Shown here piece by piece: positions 12,938 to 26,000 of a stretch of DNA of 64,000 bases. The number at the start of each line of letters is the position of its first letter. Position 1 is the stretch's first letter. Source of the DNA: Amphiscolops sp. MND2022. Lineage: Eukaryota. The stretch is from the NCBI GenBank assembly GCA_964187785.1, contig OZ076412.1, forward strand, positions 33,232,001-33,296,000, written 5' to 3'. A program made the translations under genes and the position numbers. Under the pieces are notes generated by a model. It was not told the origin of the DNA. It searched no databases and saw only the letters and a program-made list of their open reading frames with translations.

Positions 12938-15900
12938 AATGGACGACTCCAACAACAACTCTCCACATACGGGAGGACAACCGATCAGTCTACAAGCACT
13001 CGGTTGATACCCAATGAGACAACACTGAGAGCGGGCGACCGGACATGCACTCAGAAACTATCCATTCCAAGTCTAGAGAAACATGATAGTTCCAGTGAAA
13101 ATCTTTGGTGGCGGAAGTTGGTTCAGTACATCAAAATGACGAAGGACATCGACTTGTCAAATATGACAAATTCGAAAGAGGTACGCCCAGAATTCCGTGA
13201 CCAATTCGAACTCGAGATAAAGGATACATTTCTACGGACAAAGTGCACTGACAGAAATGACAAAAACAGTGAGAGAATGGGAACCCAGTGCCGTTATACA
13301 AACTGTACACTCTTTTTCGACTGCATTTTACCCCCGAAAGGAATGTACAACACAGCCAATCCGATTTCTTCGATCTAAAAAAAGAAACAAACGAAACAGC
13401 CGTAGATGTATGGAAAAGGATCTTTGACGTCGAAAAATTGCGAATTCGTCAATGAAGCAGTTGAACTCATAGCTCCAAAATTCTTATCATTAATCGGAAA
13501 ATTCACGGGGTATTATAGGCTAAAGAAAGAAAAAGATCCGAAAGAGTGATATGTCCGTAGTATCAATCACAGACGCAATACATGAATACATGTACGAAAA
13601 TTGAACGAATCACCCGAGACAGAAGAAGAAAAAAATCAGAGACGTAGATAAAAGAAACTCAAGAAACAGTAAAGAACAAACCGAACGATACTCGAAAAAA
13701 ACGACGACTAGACTGCAATAAATGGGGAGCACCCAACTGGTTAAAACAACAAAAATGTCCCACAAGAGGAAAGAAAATCATAAAATGCGGTAAATTGGGA
13801 TATTCCGCAAAATGTTGCAGATAAGGCAGGAAAATAAACCATATCGCAGATGAAGAAGCATACAGCGCAGATGAAAACGACTGGATACCAGATAGAATAC
13901 ATCCAATTCAACAAACGATACACTCAATGAGAACAGTAAGCATGAACGGACCACCGTTCTACGCCAAAACACTATTGGTTAATAAACGACCAACAAAATT
14001 CATCGTCGATACAGGCTCACCAGTGACATTAATACCGAAGGCAAGAATCAACAAAATAACCACAATTAGTCCGGTATTGGAAGATTACCGGGATGTAAAT
14101 GACAACAAAAAATTGTTCGAAGGTAAAACCATGACAAACATCAATATCGACGGTAAAGTGAGACCACTGGAGCTATTAATAACTAAAAAACAAACACACC
14201 CGTTACTCGGACTCAACTGTATGTAAAAACTGGGGATAACGCTGAAACGGAAGCTCCACACGAAACAGTCAATCATATAAACAAACCGGACCAAATGAAC
14301 AACAGACGGGACGCAGACATGACAACACTGAAAAGTAAGTTCCACAAACTTTTCACAAAAAACCACACATTGAAAAATGTAGAAGCATATATCCAACTGA
14401 AAGAAGGATCGAATCTGATGCAGCAAAAAGGTAGACCTATCCCTATTCACCTACAACCCGCGGTAGAAGAAATCGAAAAACTGAAAAAAAAACAGAAAAA
14501 TTGAAAAAGCAAAAAACCATGATGAAAACTGTCTTGTAAGCCCCGCGGTGATCACAATAAAAAATGATAGATCGGTGAAAATAGCGTTAGACTCAAGAAA
14601 ATTAAATGAAATAACAGTAAAACGAAAGGCAAAAATGCCAAATAAAGAAAACTAATATCGAGAATTTCCAGAAAATAGCAGACGGACCAGCGGATGAAAT
14701 CTGGATTTCCAAATTTGATCTCGACTACGCATACGGCCGATAACATGCCTCAATAAGAGCAGTTCACCTCTGCATCTTTGCAGTTGGCAGATAAAATTTC
14801 ACCGGCTACTATCGGTTTTTAAAGCGCTTTTACAGGCTAGCGGATATCCCAACAGTATTCCAAGAAAAGATGGACCAAACACTGAAGAACAAACACCCAG
14901 ACCTGGCTGGGCCAAATAATAGTAAAAACAAAAGTCTCCAAACAAAAAAAAATGTTCGAGTTGATAGACGTACTATCAAAAAAAGAAAACGCAGGCTACC
15001 GTCTGAGCAAAAGCATACCCGAACTATTCAAAACAGAACTAGTGTGGATTGGTCATTTAATAGGCCAGAACGGAATCCGACCGTTGCAAGATAATCTACT
15101 AGCGATCAAAGAAATAAATAACCGGAAAACGAAAAACAACTAAAGTCGTTTTTGGCGGCAATTCAATACTTGTTCAAATATATTGAAAACCTTTCAGCTC
15201 AAACGGACATTTTGAGACAACTACTTAAAACAGATACCGAGTGGAAATGGACTGAAGAACATACAAAAGTATTCGAAAGTGTGAAACAAAAAATCACGGA
15301 GATACCGAGTCTGGCACACTATAATTCAAACTGTCCAAACCTGATAACAACGCACGCAAGCACGGAAGGCCTTGGGGCCACGCTATGGCAAGAACAACCA
15401 GACGGTAAATTGAAATTGGTTGGATTTGCCAGTCGCTTCCTTTCCGATTTGGAAAAGAAATATGCCATATATGAATTGGAATTACTGGCGGTCGTTTGGG
15501 AACTTGAGCAAATCCGTCTATACATTTACGGGAAACAGATAAAATTGCTCACAGATCATCAACCGCTCGAACCACTGAACAAACGCAATCGATCGAACAA
15601 AACATACAGCGCAAGGCTAACGAGATGGCTGGACCGCCTAGCTCACTTTTCAATTCCGTAAGCCATATAGCCGCCAAGCACTTAGCACTCAGGGGATATC
15701 TCAGTAGATATCCGTCCACACCACCGCAAACGGACGACGCATACGACGAAGAATACGTAATCAACATTATCATACTGCATTGCAAATTCATGACCAAATA
15801 CGGTTGCCTTAGCAACCGATTCGACCAATGACATAGGGAGATATTACGTAACGAATCAAGACAATCCAAAACACGTGAACAAACTGCCATTGCTTGCCTT

Positions 15901-17400
15901 AATCGGGCGACAAAAAACTGCGTAAAATCTCCACTCACAAAAACTAATTTAAATACGGACGCACGCACCATCGACAATCTAGAACTCGCTGACCCTTCCG
16001 CGGAAACCAGAAATCTGCCACGAGCCCAGATTTCCCCAAAATGAAAGGCAAATCATAGAAGAACAGCTGCAAATAGCTATCTGCAACATAGGAAACAGAC
16101 AAACAAATCAGCCTCTCAGGGCTTCCAACCACAAGAAAGAGGGAATAAGCAGTAGACAGTGGATCCCTTTTGGGAGGTAGACCGCCCACAACGCCAACAG
16201 CCACAACAAGAGGACGTGCCTGGACCGTTCTCAGCACAAATGCAGTACGCCCCGATGGAAGAAGGCGAAAGTGGATCGGATACGGACCAAGATCCGTCAG
16301 TATTGGAGGTCCCAGCAGTCAGTTGGGCCAAAAATGTGGGCTTCAAGAGCGTCCAATACATGAAAATGGGCCACGCACCGAAAGTGGACGCAGAGGAACC
16401 CAACGATTGGGACCTGGGAAATGCAGTCAAGAAGACAGAAAAACAGTTCGCCACGTACTCACAATAACTACTGACGGGGACAACAACCGATCCAAGCCTC
16501 CTCAAAACGCTCGTCTGCCTAGAGCGACAACAGCATGACAACATGCCTGATGAATACTCCCTATACAAAGAGAAGCTATCAACTAGATACGCGCTGGTTT
16601 TCTATGGAGACCGGATAATAGTCCCAAAGAACTTAAGGACAACCGTCATCAGCCTCCTACACAAGGGACACCCTGTCATAAACAAAATGTAAATGGCGGC
16701 GAGACACTTCTGGCGGCCACGGATCACCAAATCTATACAGAAAAATAGGAAAGCTGGGTCCCTTGCAAAATGTCCGGTAAGAACATCAATCAAACCAAAT
16801 ATACCTAGTACGGAAAAAAAACAGTTATCACCACCAAGTAAACCAAAAGAAACAAATCCAATTGGATTTCATTGGTCCACTCACCGAGAAGAACCATAGA
16901 TTTTATGTTTTGCTCTCTATGGACCAGTTTAGTAAATGACCGGCGGCCCGTTTGAGCAAAACAACCGAATGGCAGACAGTGGTCAGTTATTTGGAACAAT
17001 GTATAAATCTAAACGCTGTCTCAAAAACAACTAGAAGAGATAAGGTGAGCACTTTGCAAAAACCACAAAATAAAGTTGATCCACGGCACACCGTATCTAC
17101 AAATGCCTACAGTCGAATTGAGCGTTAGAACCTTAATGGAAAGATTACTAACCAACATAAAGACGGGCGAAAAGTTCGGTAAAGCGTTAGATATCATACT
17201 CTAGGGATGTATGCGAAAACACCCCACACACGATTAAAAAACCGCATTCGAGCTACATTATGGTCGCAAACCAAATACGGAGATCAGCAATTTAATAAAT
17301 CTTGAAAAAAGCAACGAAAACGTGTACTTCAGAAAAACCAGACACCCTATAGGTGTATTCAGTCAACGGAGCTGGCGATGTCTCTGACCAGCTACTGATG
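12938..17400 (+). pseudogene. gag-pol: Element D gag-pol remnant (CCHC, protease, RT, RNase H, integrase)
   Basis: Degenerate CCHC CPTRGK..KCGKLGY; protease FIVDTGSPVTLIP; RT KGRPIPIHLQ..VKIALDSRKLN..SKFDLDYAY; RNase H THASTEGLGA..YELELLAVVW..LLTDHQPL; integrase HKGHP..ARHFW. Many stops and frameshifts. Confidence 0.9.
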
Positions 17401-18426
17401 AAGCAGAAGGAAAGATCTAAAGAAGTTAGTAATTACCCCTTCTTTTTCCACGAAAAAAGTAGTAAAACCGAAATTTGATAGTTCATATTCCAAAAAACCC
17501 AAATTGATGTATCGCGCACCAATCACACTGTTACCACGGTCATCGAAATCATATGAGTAAACCTCTCTCTGAACTTACACAGGAATCCAACAACAGAGGA
17601 ACATGGCTACGTGGACCGGATGGCCGGTTTAAAAAATCTCCCCGGACATTCACCATACATGACTCGGACAGCGAATCTGAAGTTTCAAAACCGGAGACCC
17701 TAGCCGTATCTACCCCAAAAAACAGCGGCACACTGGGACGCCTGAAGCTGATCAGCAACCGCCAAAATTCGGACTCAAACGGGAGATCACCACGAACAAG
17801 CCAGTCGCAAGCAATTACTGGACCATTGACCAAAGTGGCGGAGAACAAGACAAACGAAGATGTACACCGCGCTACTGAGGATTCCATTAGAGGCAACAAC
17901 GGTAAGGTGTTTCAAAATACCATTGAAATCCTCAAAAGAGAGGAGGAAGAAGAAGAAAAAGAAATAGGGAAGTTGGACAAAAATTCTGATCAAGAACTAC
18001 TAAGCAATCTTAGCTAAGCACTGAAATAGAACAAGGAACAAAGGAACATAACGTACGTAGATCAAAACAGTTGACAAAAACAAACCCGATTGTTAGACTA
18101 ATTCACCCAGTACCTTCTGATTACAGGAAATACAAACAAAAGATAAAAAACGGAGAAATAACACAAGACACCAGAGACAACAACTAAATGCAGCCGATGA
18201 ACGAGCCTGTCCGAAAACTACAATTACCGGGCCACAACCATAGATACAGCACGGAATACCACGGCAGTACAATGCTTGGGCCGGACAACCGCCTCTAAAG
18301 AAAACAACACTCCCCTGTCGGCCAATTCTTGCCCAATCGCAGAGAGGGGAATGAAGAGTATGAAGAACTTAGAGGACAAACTGTCTTGAGACTCTATCCT
18401 ATTTATGTAATTAGTCTCAAGTACCT

Positions 18427-20101
18427 TGTGATAATCCTCATCTAGGCTTTCTGCATAAGACTCTTCGTCGGAATGGATTGTTACGTCTACGTCGGACTCA
18501 CTTCGAAATATAGGTTTTGCAGGATGTTTGAGATCTCTCATTTTAGAAGCCCGAAGAGGATAATCTTCATTTTCTGAGTCTGAATTATTGTTATAAGATG
18601 CGTGTACTCCAATAGACCCGATTGTTTTGGATCCCGAAGGTTGCATGTTTTGTATAGTATTCTCTTCAGATCTCGGGTTTGTTACCGTAGACACACTTTT
18701 GTTGGACTTTATTTCTTTCAGAATTGCGTCTAACTTATTCTCCATCTCTTCTCTCATTTTTGCAATCCTATCATTGTTCTTTTGCTCAAAATTCTCAGTC
18801 CACGATTGGATTTCATTAATTAACTGACTAGGTTCGATCAATTGACTCCTGATTCCAACATCATCCAAGTTTTCCTGGGTGTTAGGATCTGTATTAGTTA
18901 AAGTAATATTACCTTGGGTTGGTGTTTCTACTAGAGTTTTTTTGGGGCCCCTTTCTGGAGATGGGGTAGCCAATCTCCTGGACCTTCTACTCCTTTTGTT
19001 TCCCATTCTTCTCAAAGGAAAATCGTATTATTGTTGTTGGGGAAGAATTTGAATTTATTCGAGAGAATTATTCAAAACAATTCGAGTGATGAAACAAGAT
19101 GTAAGCCAGAAAATTGCTTGTACAAAAGTCAGGTTGAAATGTGAGCAACTGCTTGGTGGGTGAATAAAATCACGACTGAAAAAGGTCCCTCCAGATCTGC
19201 CTTTCCAAAAATATAGAAAAGATGACGATCGTTTTTACTGATATCAATGTTTAAAGAACTAAAAATAGCATAACGTCACATTCACATCATTCTAATTATA
19301 TCCTTCGAGTTATGCTGCCATGACACCCTAAATATTATCAAGGGACCGTAAAACCCTAGGAAAGTAATGCTAGATGCTGTCTAAAGCGTTTCAAGTATTA
19401 TTAAATGAGTCAAATGATGCATGAGTGCAAAATGGCAATAATATAGCTAAAAACGTCTAGTGACGTATATGCGGTACACCACTTACCGCATGATAGCGCA
19501 AATAATGCATATACATCAATATTCATTAATGAATAATAACGCATATACTTCATAATACACATAATGTAACCATTTGCACATGCGTTGTGAAAATTGCGTA
19601 ATGACGTATATACGGCATCGCAAAAGCTGCTTAACGACGTATGATTTCATCATGAAAGCGTCTAATGCCACACCTGCAGTTTATCTAATAATGTGTATCA
19701 ACGTATAGTCAAAAACGCACAATGCCGAATATGCATGATTCAGATTTACGTATAATGACGCATACATACTACTTCAAAAGCGACTTTTAACGCTTGTACA
19801 TCATACCAATTACAGCACTATGACGCATAATGTGAACGAAATTCATAGGAAAGAAGGTTTCACTCTAACATTTGTAATGAATCACGTATTTTAGCGCCTT
19901 CCTGCATTAATGACGTTATTTTATTAACTCAAAAGTCTCGAAATGACTCAATTACAAAGTTATATATCTAGAATCTTCATGACTTGATTAGAGTGAAGTA
20001 AAAGAAAAAACAAATGTATCAGTATTTGGAGTGTTTGTTTGGGTCGTTGTTTATCTTTCATTGATGCACTCCGGATCCATCGCATCTCTGGGGCTGCGAC
20101 A
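18427..20101 (-). repeat. 3' LTR of element A
   Basis: Near-identical (about 15 differences by eye) to 33452-35126 and 37543-39217. Contains the first ~193 codons of the gag ORF. Confidence 0.96.
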
Positions 20102-21113
20102 GTCCCGCGTTTTTAAAGATAAATAACGCAGCTTCAAAACCATCGATAAAAGCTCTTGACCTCACTCCACGATCCCTGACCGTCTCCCCGTCATAAGCTG
20201 TTGCTCCGAGATAGTCTCCCAAGGTTTCCAAAGCAACTTGATCGAAGATACGGCCGCACCATTGGCAATATCCTGAGACATTAGGCATAACTGTAGGAAA
20301 CAACCGGAAGGTTTGTCTCTCACTGGGCTCCATCACTGGAACGTCGGAGCTATGTAGAATGCTGAATGGAAAGCCAAATTGGGTAAATTGTTGAGATGAT
20401 CCAATAGAGTTGGCGGAGACATCTACCATGGATCTAGGAGGCAAGTGTATCACCATTGGTGTGATGTCTCCCATTATTGGGTATTGCGGTTCTGTAGGAG
20501 CCGGCACGGTCTGTAAGTGCGTAATTCCTGCCTCAGACAACGGGGGAATTACAGCTCCTTGATTATTGGTATCGACCGAGTTAACTTGATGAAAATGGGA
20601 TGATTCCTGTAAGAAGTTCGGAGGGTACGTTGGTATTGTCCTGACCACTTCATCTGATCTTTGTCTTACAATCCTTGTTGTGGGTAAAATAGCTGCAACG
20701 GGTCGCCCATAGTTATTTACTCGTTCTTCAGACACTACAGGAGAATCTCTTGGCGACATATTCACTTCTTCAAATTCCGAGTCTATGAAGGACAAAGGAG
20801 AAGCAGAAGGTGAGAGTGGGGTTTCTTCAATTAGCTCCATGATTTCTCTTTCAATGCTGGAACCTGCATTGTCAACAGTCTCTTGTCGATTGATCGGGTT
20901 CGGCTGAGGGAACAAAACAGCCGCTGCTGAGCCCACGAAAGCGGACATCATATTGGAACCCATCGTGTTGATCCTGAACCTTTCATCGATCTGCGCGATG
21001 TTGCCAGGTTCTACGATGAACTCCTCGCCAGATTCGCTGGATATATCAACCATTTCAGGAGAAATGGGTGAGTAACTCAAATTTTCAGTGATGTTAAAAT
21101 GTGCTGGATTCAT
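20058..21113 (-). CDS. Accessory sense ORF of element A (351 aa): SIM-like acidic motifs, low complexity, C-terminal CxxC domain; crosses the PPT into the LTR
   Basis: Intact ATG-to-stop ORF. MVDISSESGEE; CQWCGRIFDQVALETLGDYL...RAFIDGF...AGLSQPQRCDG is homologous to 63123-63967. Confidence 0.8.
   Translation of the reverse strand: MNPAHFNITENLSYSPISPEMVDISSESGEEFIVEPGNIAQIDERFRINTMGSNMMSAFVGSAAAVLFPQPNPINRQETVDNAGSSIEREIMELIEETPLSPSASPLSFIDSEFEEVNMSPRDSPVVSEERVNNYGRPVAAILPTTRIVRQRSDEVVRTIPTYPPNFLQESSHFHQVNSVDTNNQGAVIPPLSEAGITHLQTVPAPTEPQYPIMGDITPMVIHLPPRSMVDVSANSIGSSQQFTQFGFPFSILHSSDVPVMEPSERQTFRLFPTVMPNVSGYCQWCGRIFDQVALETLGDYLGATAYDGETVRDRGVRSRAFIDGFEAALFIFKNAGLSQPQRCDGSGVHQ
20102..20114 (-). 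promoter_or_regulatory. Imperfect polypurine tract of element A
   Basis: AAAAACGCGGGAC directly before the TG of the 3' LTR. Element B has TGCGGGAG at the same position. Confidence 0.55.
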
Positions 21114-21974
21114 TCTTTAAAGATGTACTTATGAATTCTTGATCAGTAGAGGACTAGGTTTTGAAGTTAGAAGCTACTGAATCTCAAGTTATTATAGACC
21201 GTGTGGTGATATTTTTCCCAATCCCTTTCTTTCTTCAACAAAAACCCGCGGAAAATGTGAGTGTCATGATTCTTAGGGTTTTACAACTTCCTTATTTGGT
21301 TTCCTTCTCGATTCTAGGATTTCAGTTCATGTAGCTCACCGAGATTCCTCTTAACTCGATGTAAACAAATTTAGTTTAGGTGTTTCTTAGGATGGATGCC
21401 TGCTTTTCTTCTCTCCTTTGGCGGCACCTCAGCCGATTTAATAGCTTTCAAACAAAATGATAATCATCATCAAAGGGTTACATGATTTCTTCTTCCCATT
21501 ATGGGAATGAGCAAAAATAAAGGAAATATATCCAATCTTACATGACTAACAATCTAGTTTTCCGGCAGAAAATATTTGAAATCAAATTCCATGCAAGCAT
21601 ATTGAAACAAATGTCAGTTTTCATGTCTTTATTTATAAGTTTTATTCTATAAGCGCAATGTAATCAGCAATTACTAAAGGGTTTGTTTACTGTCATAAAG
21701 AGGCACAACAAAATTCTGGCCCTTCTGACTGCTTTCTTTAACATTTCTGTGTGTAGTAGCAATGTCATGCATCACATCCCGTAATACTTCAGCTTATTCT
21801 CCGGACTCCTTTATAGTTCAATATGTATGTTGCCTGTATCCGTGGTAGTTTCGCACTATAGCACATTGTTGTTTTGTGAATCCGCACGTTGTTGTGTATA
21901 CATTCGTAGTAGATCCATGTAGCGCAGCATAACCCCGTCTGGAACTTTGTACATTGTATTCTGTATTTTCTTGA

Positions 21975-22200
21975 TAATACCGCATACTGCCGTATAATTG
22001 TACTTCTCTTTCCGCATACTGCTGTATACGCGTTTATAATAACTCCGCGTGTTGCCGTATAAGTATATTTCTTTTTCCGCATACTGCTGTGTATGCGCTC
22101 ATATTAATTCCGCATACCGCCGTACACGTATATTTCTTTCTTCGCATAGTGCTGTATATGCGTTCATAGTAGCTCCGCATACTGCCGTATAAGTATACCG
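21975..22200. repeat. Degenerate minisatellite, 32/33-bp alternating period (65-bp dimer), core CGCATA
   Basis: Cores at 21981, 22013, 22046, 22078, 22111, 22143, 22176. Confidence 0.85.
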
Positions 22201-23045
22201 GCAGTCCAGAATCTTGCTGCTGGCCATAATAATGTGAATGCACAGCAGCCTATTCAATGTTTGTTGTTTATTCACTGTCCAAGATGACGTGAATTACGTA
22301 ATCAACCATTCTGGCAGAAATGATTGACAATTTAATTGACCAATCAGATTAAAGTACACTTTTTGGTACTTTCCTAGTGCATAATTCATTTGCTTTTTGC
22401 CTTGTTTTGTGTACGCCACGCCTTTTGTTGAAATTTTCAGCTATTTCCAAGTCTTTTGAATTCGCGTTTTCAAGTTTAACATCGGTAATTCATATTTATA
22501 GTCAGTTCATTTGTAGATTATTGTTTCATTTCTCATTTTAATTCCGACTAGAGCATAGTACTGATCATCATACTTGTTTATTCTCATCCGTGGTTACCTT
22601 CTTTCCTGCTCCAACGTCCTAGTTACTTGGAATTCAAGTTTCCGAGATGTGGACTCCCCCAACAAACAGACAAACGAACAACAATCAGCCCCACAGCAAC
22701 AGCTCATTGAAATGAGTTCCCAAATGCCCGCAGCGAGCACTTCTGAAGAGTTTTAGTTTCGTTTTCTGATTAGGACTATTCGGTTTTCTTCAGATTTTTT
22801 TCCTGATCAGGTAGGGTTTCAAATTGGATAGCTGGCCAGGCTACCAAGAAGATTGATCTACTTGTCTTCGATCACAATTTTAGTCTCGAACTTTTAGAAG
22901 CGTATCCACTTCCGGTTTGAAATCGAGTCATTTCCGTTCAATTAAGACTTCTGGAAACTACTTCCGGTTTCAGATTGCCTTTCTCACGGAAAACAACACA
23001 TTTCGTTCACTTTTGTCCATCAACAGAAATCTTGGTTTGTTTCAG

Positions 23046-26000
23046 CTCACCCTGAGTCTGCCGCCGAGGCAGTTGAGAAGTCTCCAGCTAAAGTTTACAC
23101 TCCCCTCAGCATCATCTCAACTCCAACTCGCCACATCCTTACTCCCGACAAATTTGTCACTAAAGACCCTTCTTTGAAAAAAGACGGTATTGTCCAGGAG
23201 ACTGCTCTTGAACTAAACACATCAATTTCCCCGTCATTACTTTTCATCGATGATTCGGAAACTGGGGATGGAGATGATGAAAGCGTACAAGTTGTTGGAG
23301 CAACTGGGACTTTTGCATCGCGTGTTGTCAGCCAAGGAAATAACTCTCCATTGCCAGACTTGTCAACAATGATGGTAAAAGATCTATCCGGCACATCCAA
23401 TCCCATAACAGAGGGAGAACCCAACTTCACCGGGACTGCTCAAACTACTTCCCCGAGATTTACGTCTTTTTTGACAGGAAAAGATACCCCGATGAACCCA
23501 GAAAATTTGCACCCACCCCCAACAAATGAACATGCTGAAGCTGAGGAGGAAATGGACACGACCCATGATAGCCGGCCGGCTGACATATTGACTAATGAAA
23601 GTTCTGCCACCACTAGACAAAGCATCGTAGTCACCAGACAGGAAATTTTGGCACTAACTAATGTGTTAGGGAGAATCCCGCAATCTGCCTTTGCTGAGAA
23701 TCCCGAAGGAAACACAGACGGAATACAGATTAGTGTAATAGAAAACCCTCCCCATTCACCCGTCAGACGTTTACAAAACGTTCCGAGCACTAGTAATGCT
23801 CCCCTACTGGTGGATGAAACTGGATTGTATTCAAGTTGCGAGGACGTTCCCGCTACTAAAGGGAAGAGACAACGCCCCAGATACGTTTTGAAATCCAGTA
23901 TGATGAGAAAACATCCTGTATTGAAGTTTTTTGCCACCGGCCCTCTTGACCGGCACAGGAATTCTTACAAGTGGTGGTGCCGCGTGTGCCGGGTTGAACT
24001 CTCTCTAATGAGTAGAGGAGTGCTCGAATTACTCTCCCACTACCGAACGGAGAGCCACTTGATCAAGGAACACAGGATCCGTTTGGAGATCCCGGGCATG
24101 CCACTATTTGATCGGTATGAGAATGAATTGGCTGGGCTTCCCCTGCAAGAAGCTAAACGGATCGCTAAGGAGACCCACCCGATTACGCCCCAATTGGACA
24201 TTTGCCGTTTGTTGGTGGGACAGGACAAACTGCCCGATTTGAGTTCGTCAACTAGCCCTAGCGCAGACGTCCTTGCACAAATCAGTATCCTTGAGCAAGG
24301 CTTACGCTATGGTGGGCACGTGGATAGCCTCATCGGCATTTGGAATGAGCTGGTCCAACTCTCGCCCGCATGCGAGGAAAGTTCACCCTACTTTTGGAGT
24401 AAACATCGGATCTTTGTGAGTATTTCTTTACCCCGGCAGGGTATTCTGATAAAGTTTTCCATTATTCCATCATGTAATGTTTATTTCTTTTACAGGCAAT
24501 ACTAGTCGACATGTTCCGGGAACTGCTCAATTACAGTGTGACGGCCATCTCTTCCTCCGGAGTGTATTCTTTGTCCTTTCACTGTACACACACTTCAACT
24601 GATGTGTACATCAATTTCTGGTCAGGCAACGTTTACCATCAGGTTTGCCTTGGATCTGGTCCTCGAGGGTTACTAGTGCCTAAGCGTCTCTTGACAGTTA
24701 TATCCTCGTTCCTTAGTTTATTTGAGACTGCGCCATCTTGCATTTGTTTAATTGGATGTCCTGGCCGATTAGACAGCAGTCTCATTTCTGCTTTGCCTGG
24801 AAATTTACGTCCTTACGCCACCAACAGTTTTGGACCCAAGGAGTTTGAGAGATGTCTTTCTTTACCCACTTCTAAAATCTTGGAAAGACATGATTTTCGG
24901 ACCATCTTAGACTACCTTCTTATGAAACTGCGCACGGCGTTGGATCGTGAATGGCTTCAGGCACTTCCTGTACTTCATAAGGTAGTATTTTTACCTAGCA
25001 CATTTTATATTTCATTCCTAGGTCTCTAATTCCACAGCAGTTTTGCGCTTTAGTGTGTTCTTGATCTCACATATACTCTGTCCGAGGCTTCTATTGTGAT
25101 TGAAACTCTATCTAGCCACTGGGATATGGTATTGGAGCATCTAAACCGCATGTCCCGACTGCCTACATACAGATTTCATATGAGAGAAGTTGGTATTTTT
25201 CGAATTTTCAGAGTTGTTCTCGCGGACCGCCCTAATTTAGTTTTATCTCTGTTACAGCCTAGTACACTAGACGAGTGCTTTCGGCTCGACACAGCCTACC
25301 TCGCGAGATTGTTCATCATCCGCTGTATCTTGGATCAGTGTTGGTGTTTTCCATAATTCTTTCATTAGGTTTTTAGTTAGTTAATTCTTCCGCACCTTCG
25401 GATACAACCTTAGGATTTCATTTTCTGTTGTATCTCGGCGTCTTTTGCAGTCAACATTGTTATTTCAAGAAGCACGTGTTGTTTTCCTGACTTTAGTTTC
25501 TTTCAATTTTCACCTACAGGAGTTTCTTCTTTTCCGAGGAATAGCGATTACTCGTCATTCCCAAATCCGCATAATGACGTATAATTGATATCCAACATAT
25601 GCGCTGTGACGAATATGCGGTACATTAATTTCAGTATCATGACGCCATTGTATTCCAAAGTCAGCATAGTGTTGACTAATTGCTACTATATTCTCAGTAT
25701 AGCACAGCGTGGTGAAAACTTGAAATCATTATAACAATGTATGATCGCTAATATGAATTCAGTATACTATTGTATGGCTAGAACTTGAATTCAGTATAAT
25801 GACGCATATTCGTCAGTGTGATTTCAGCACAATGCCGTATGGTCAGGATTTGAATTCAGCATAATGGCGCATAATCGCCAATATGATTTAAGCATAATGC
25901 CGCATGGTTGGAATTTGAATTCAGTATGATGACGCATAACCGCCAATATAATTTCAGTATAATGCCGCATGGTCAGAAAACGTATGATAACGAGTGGTCT

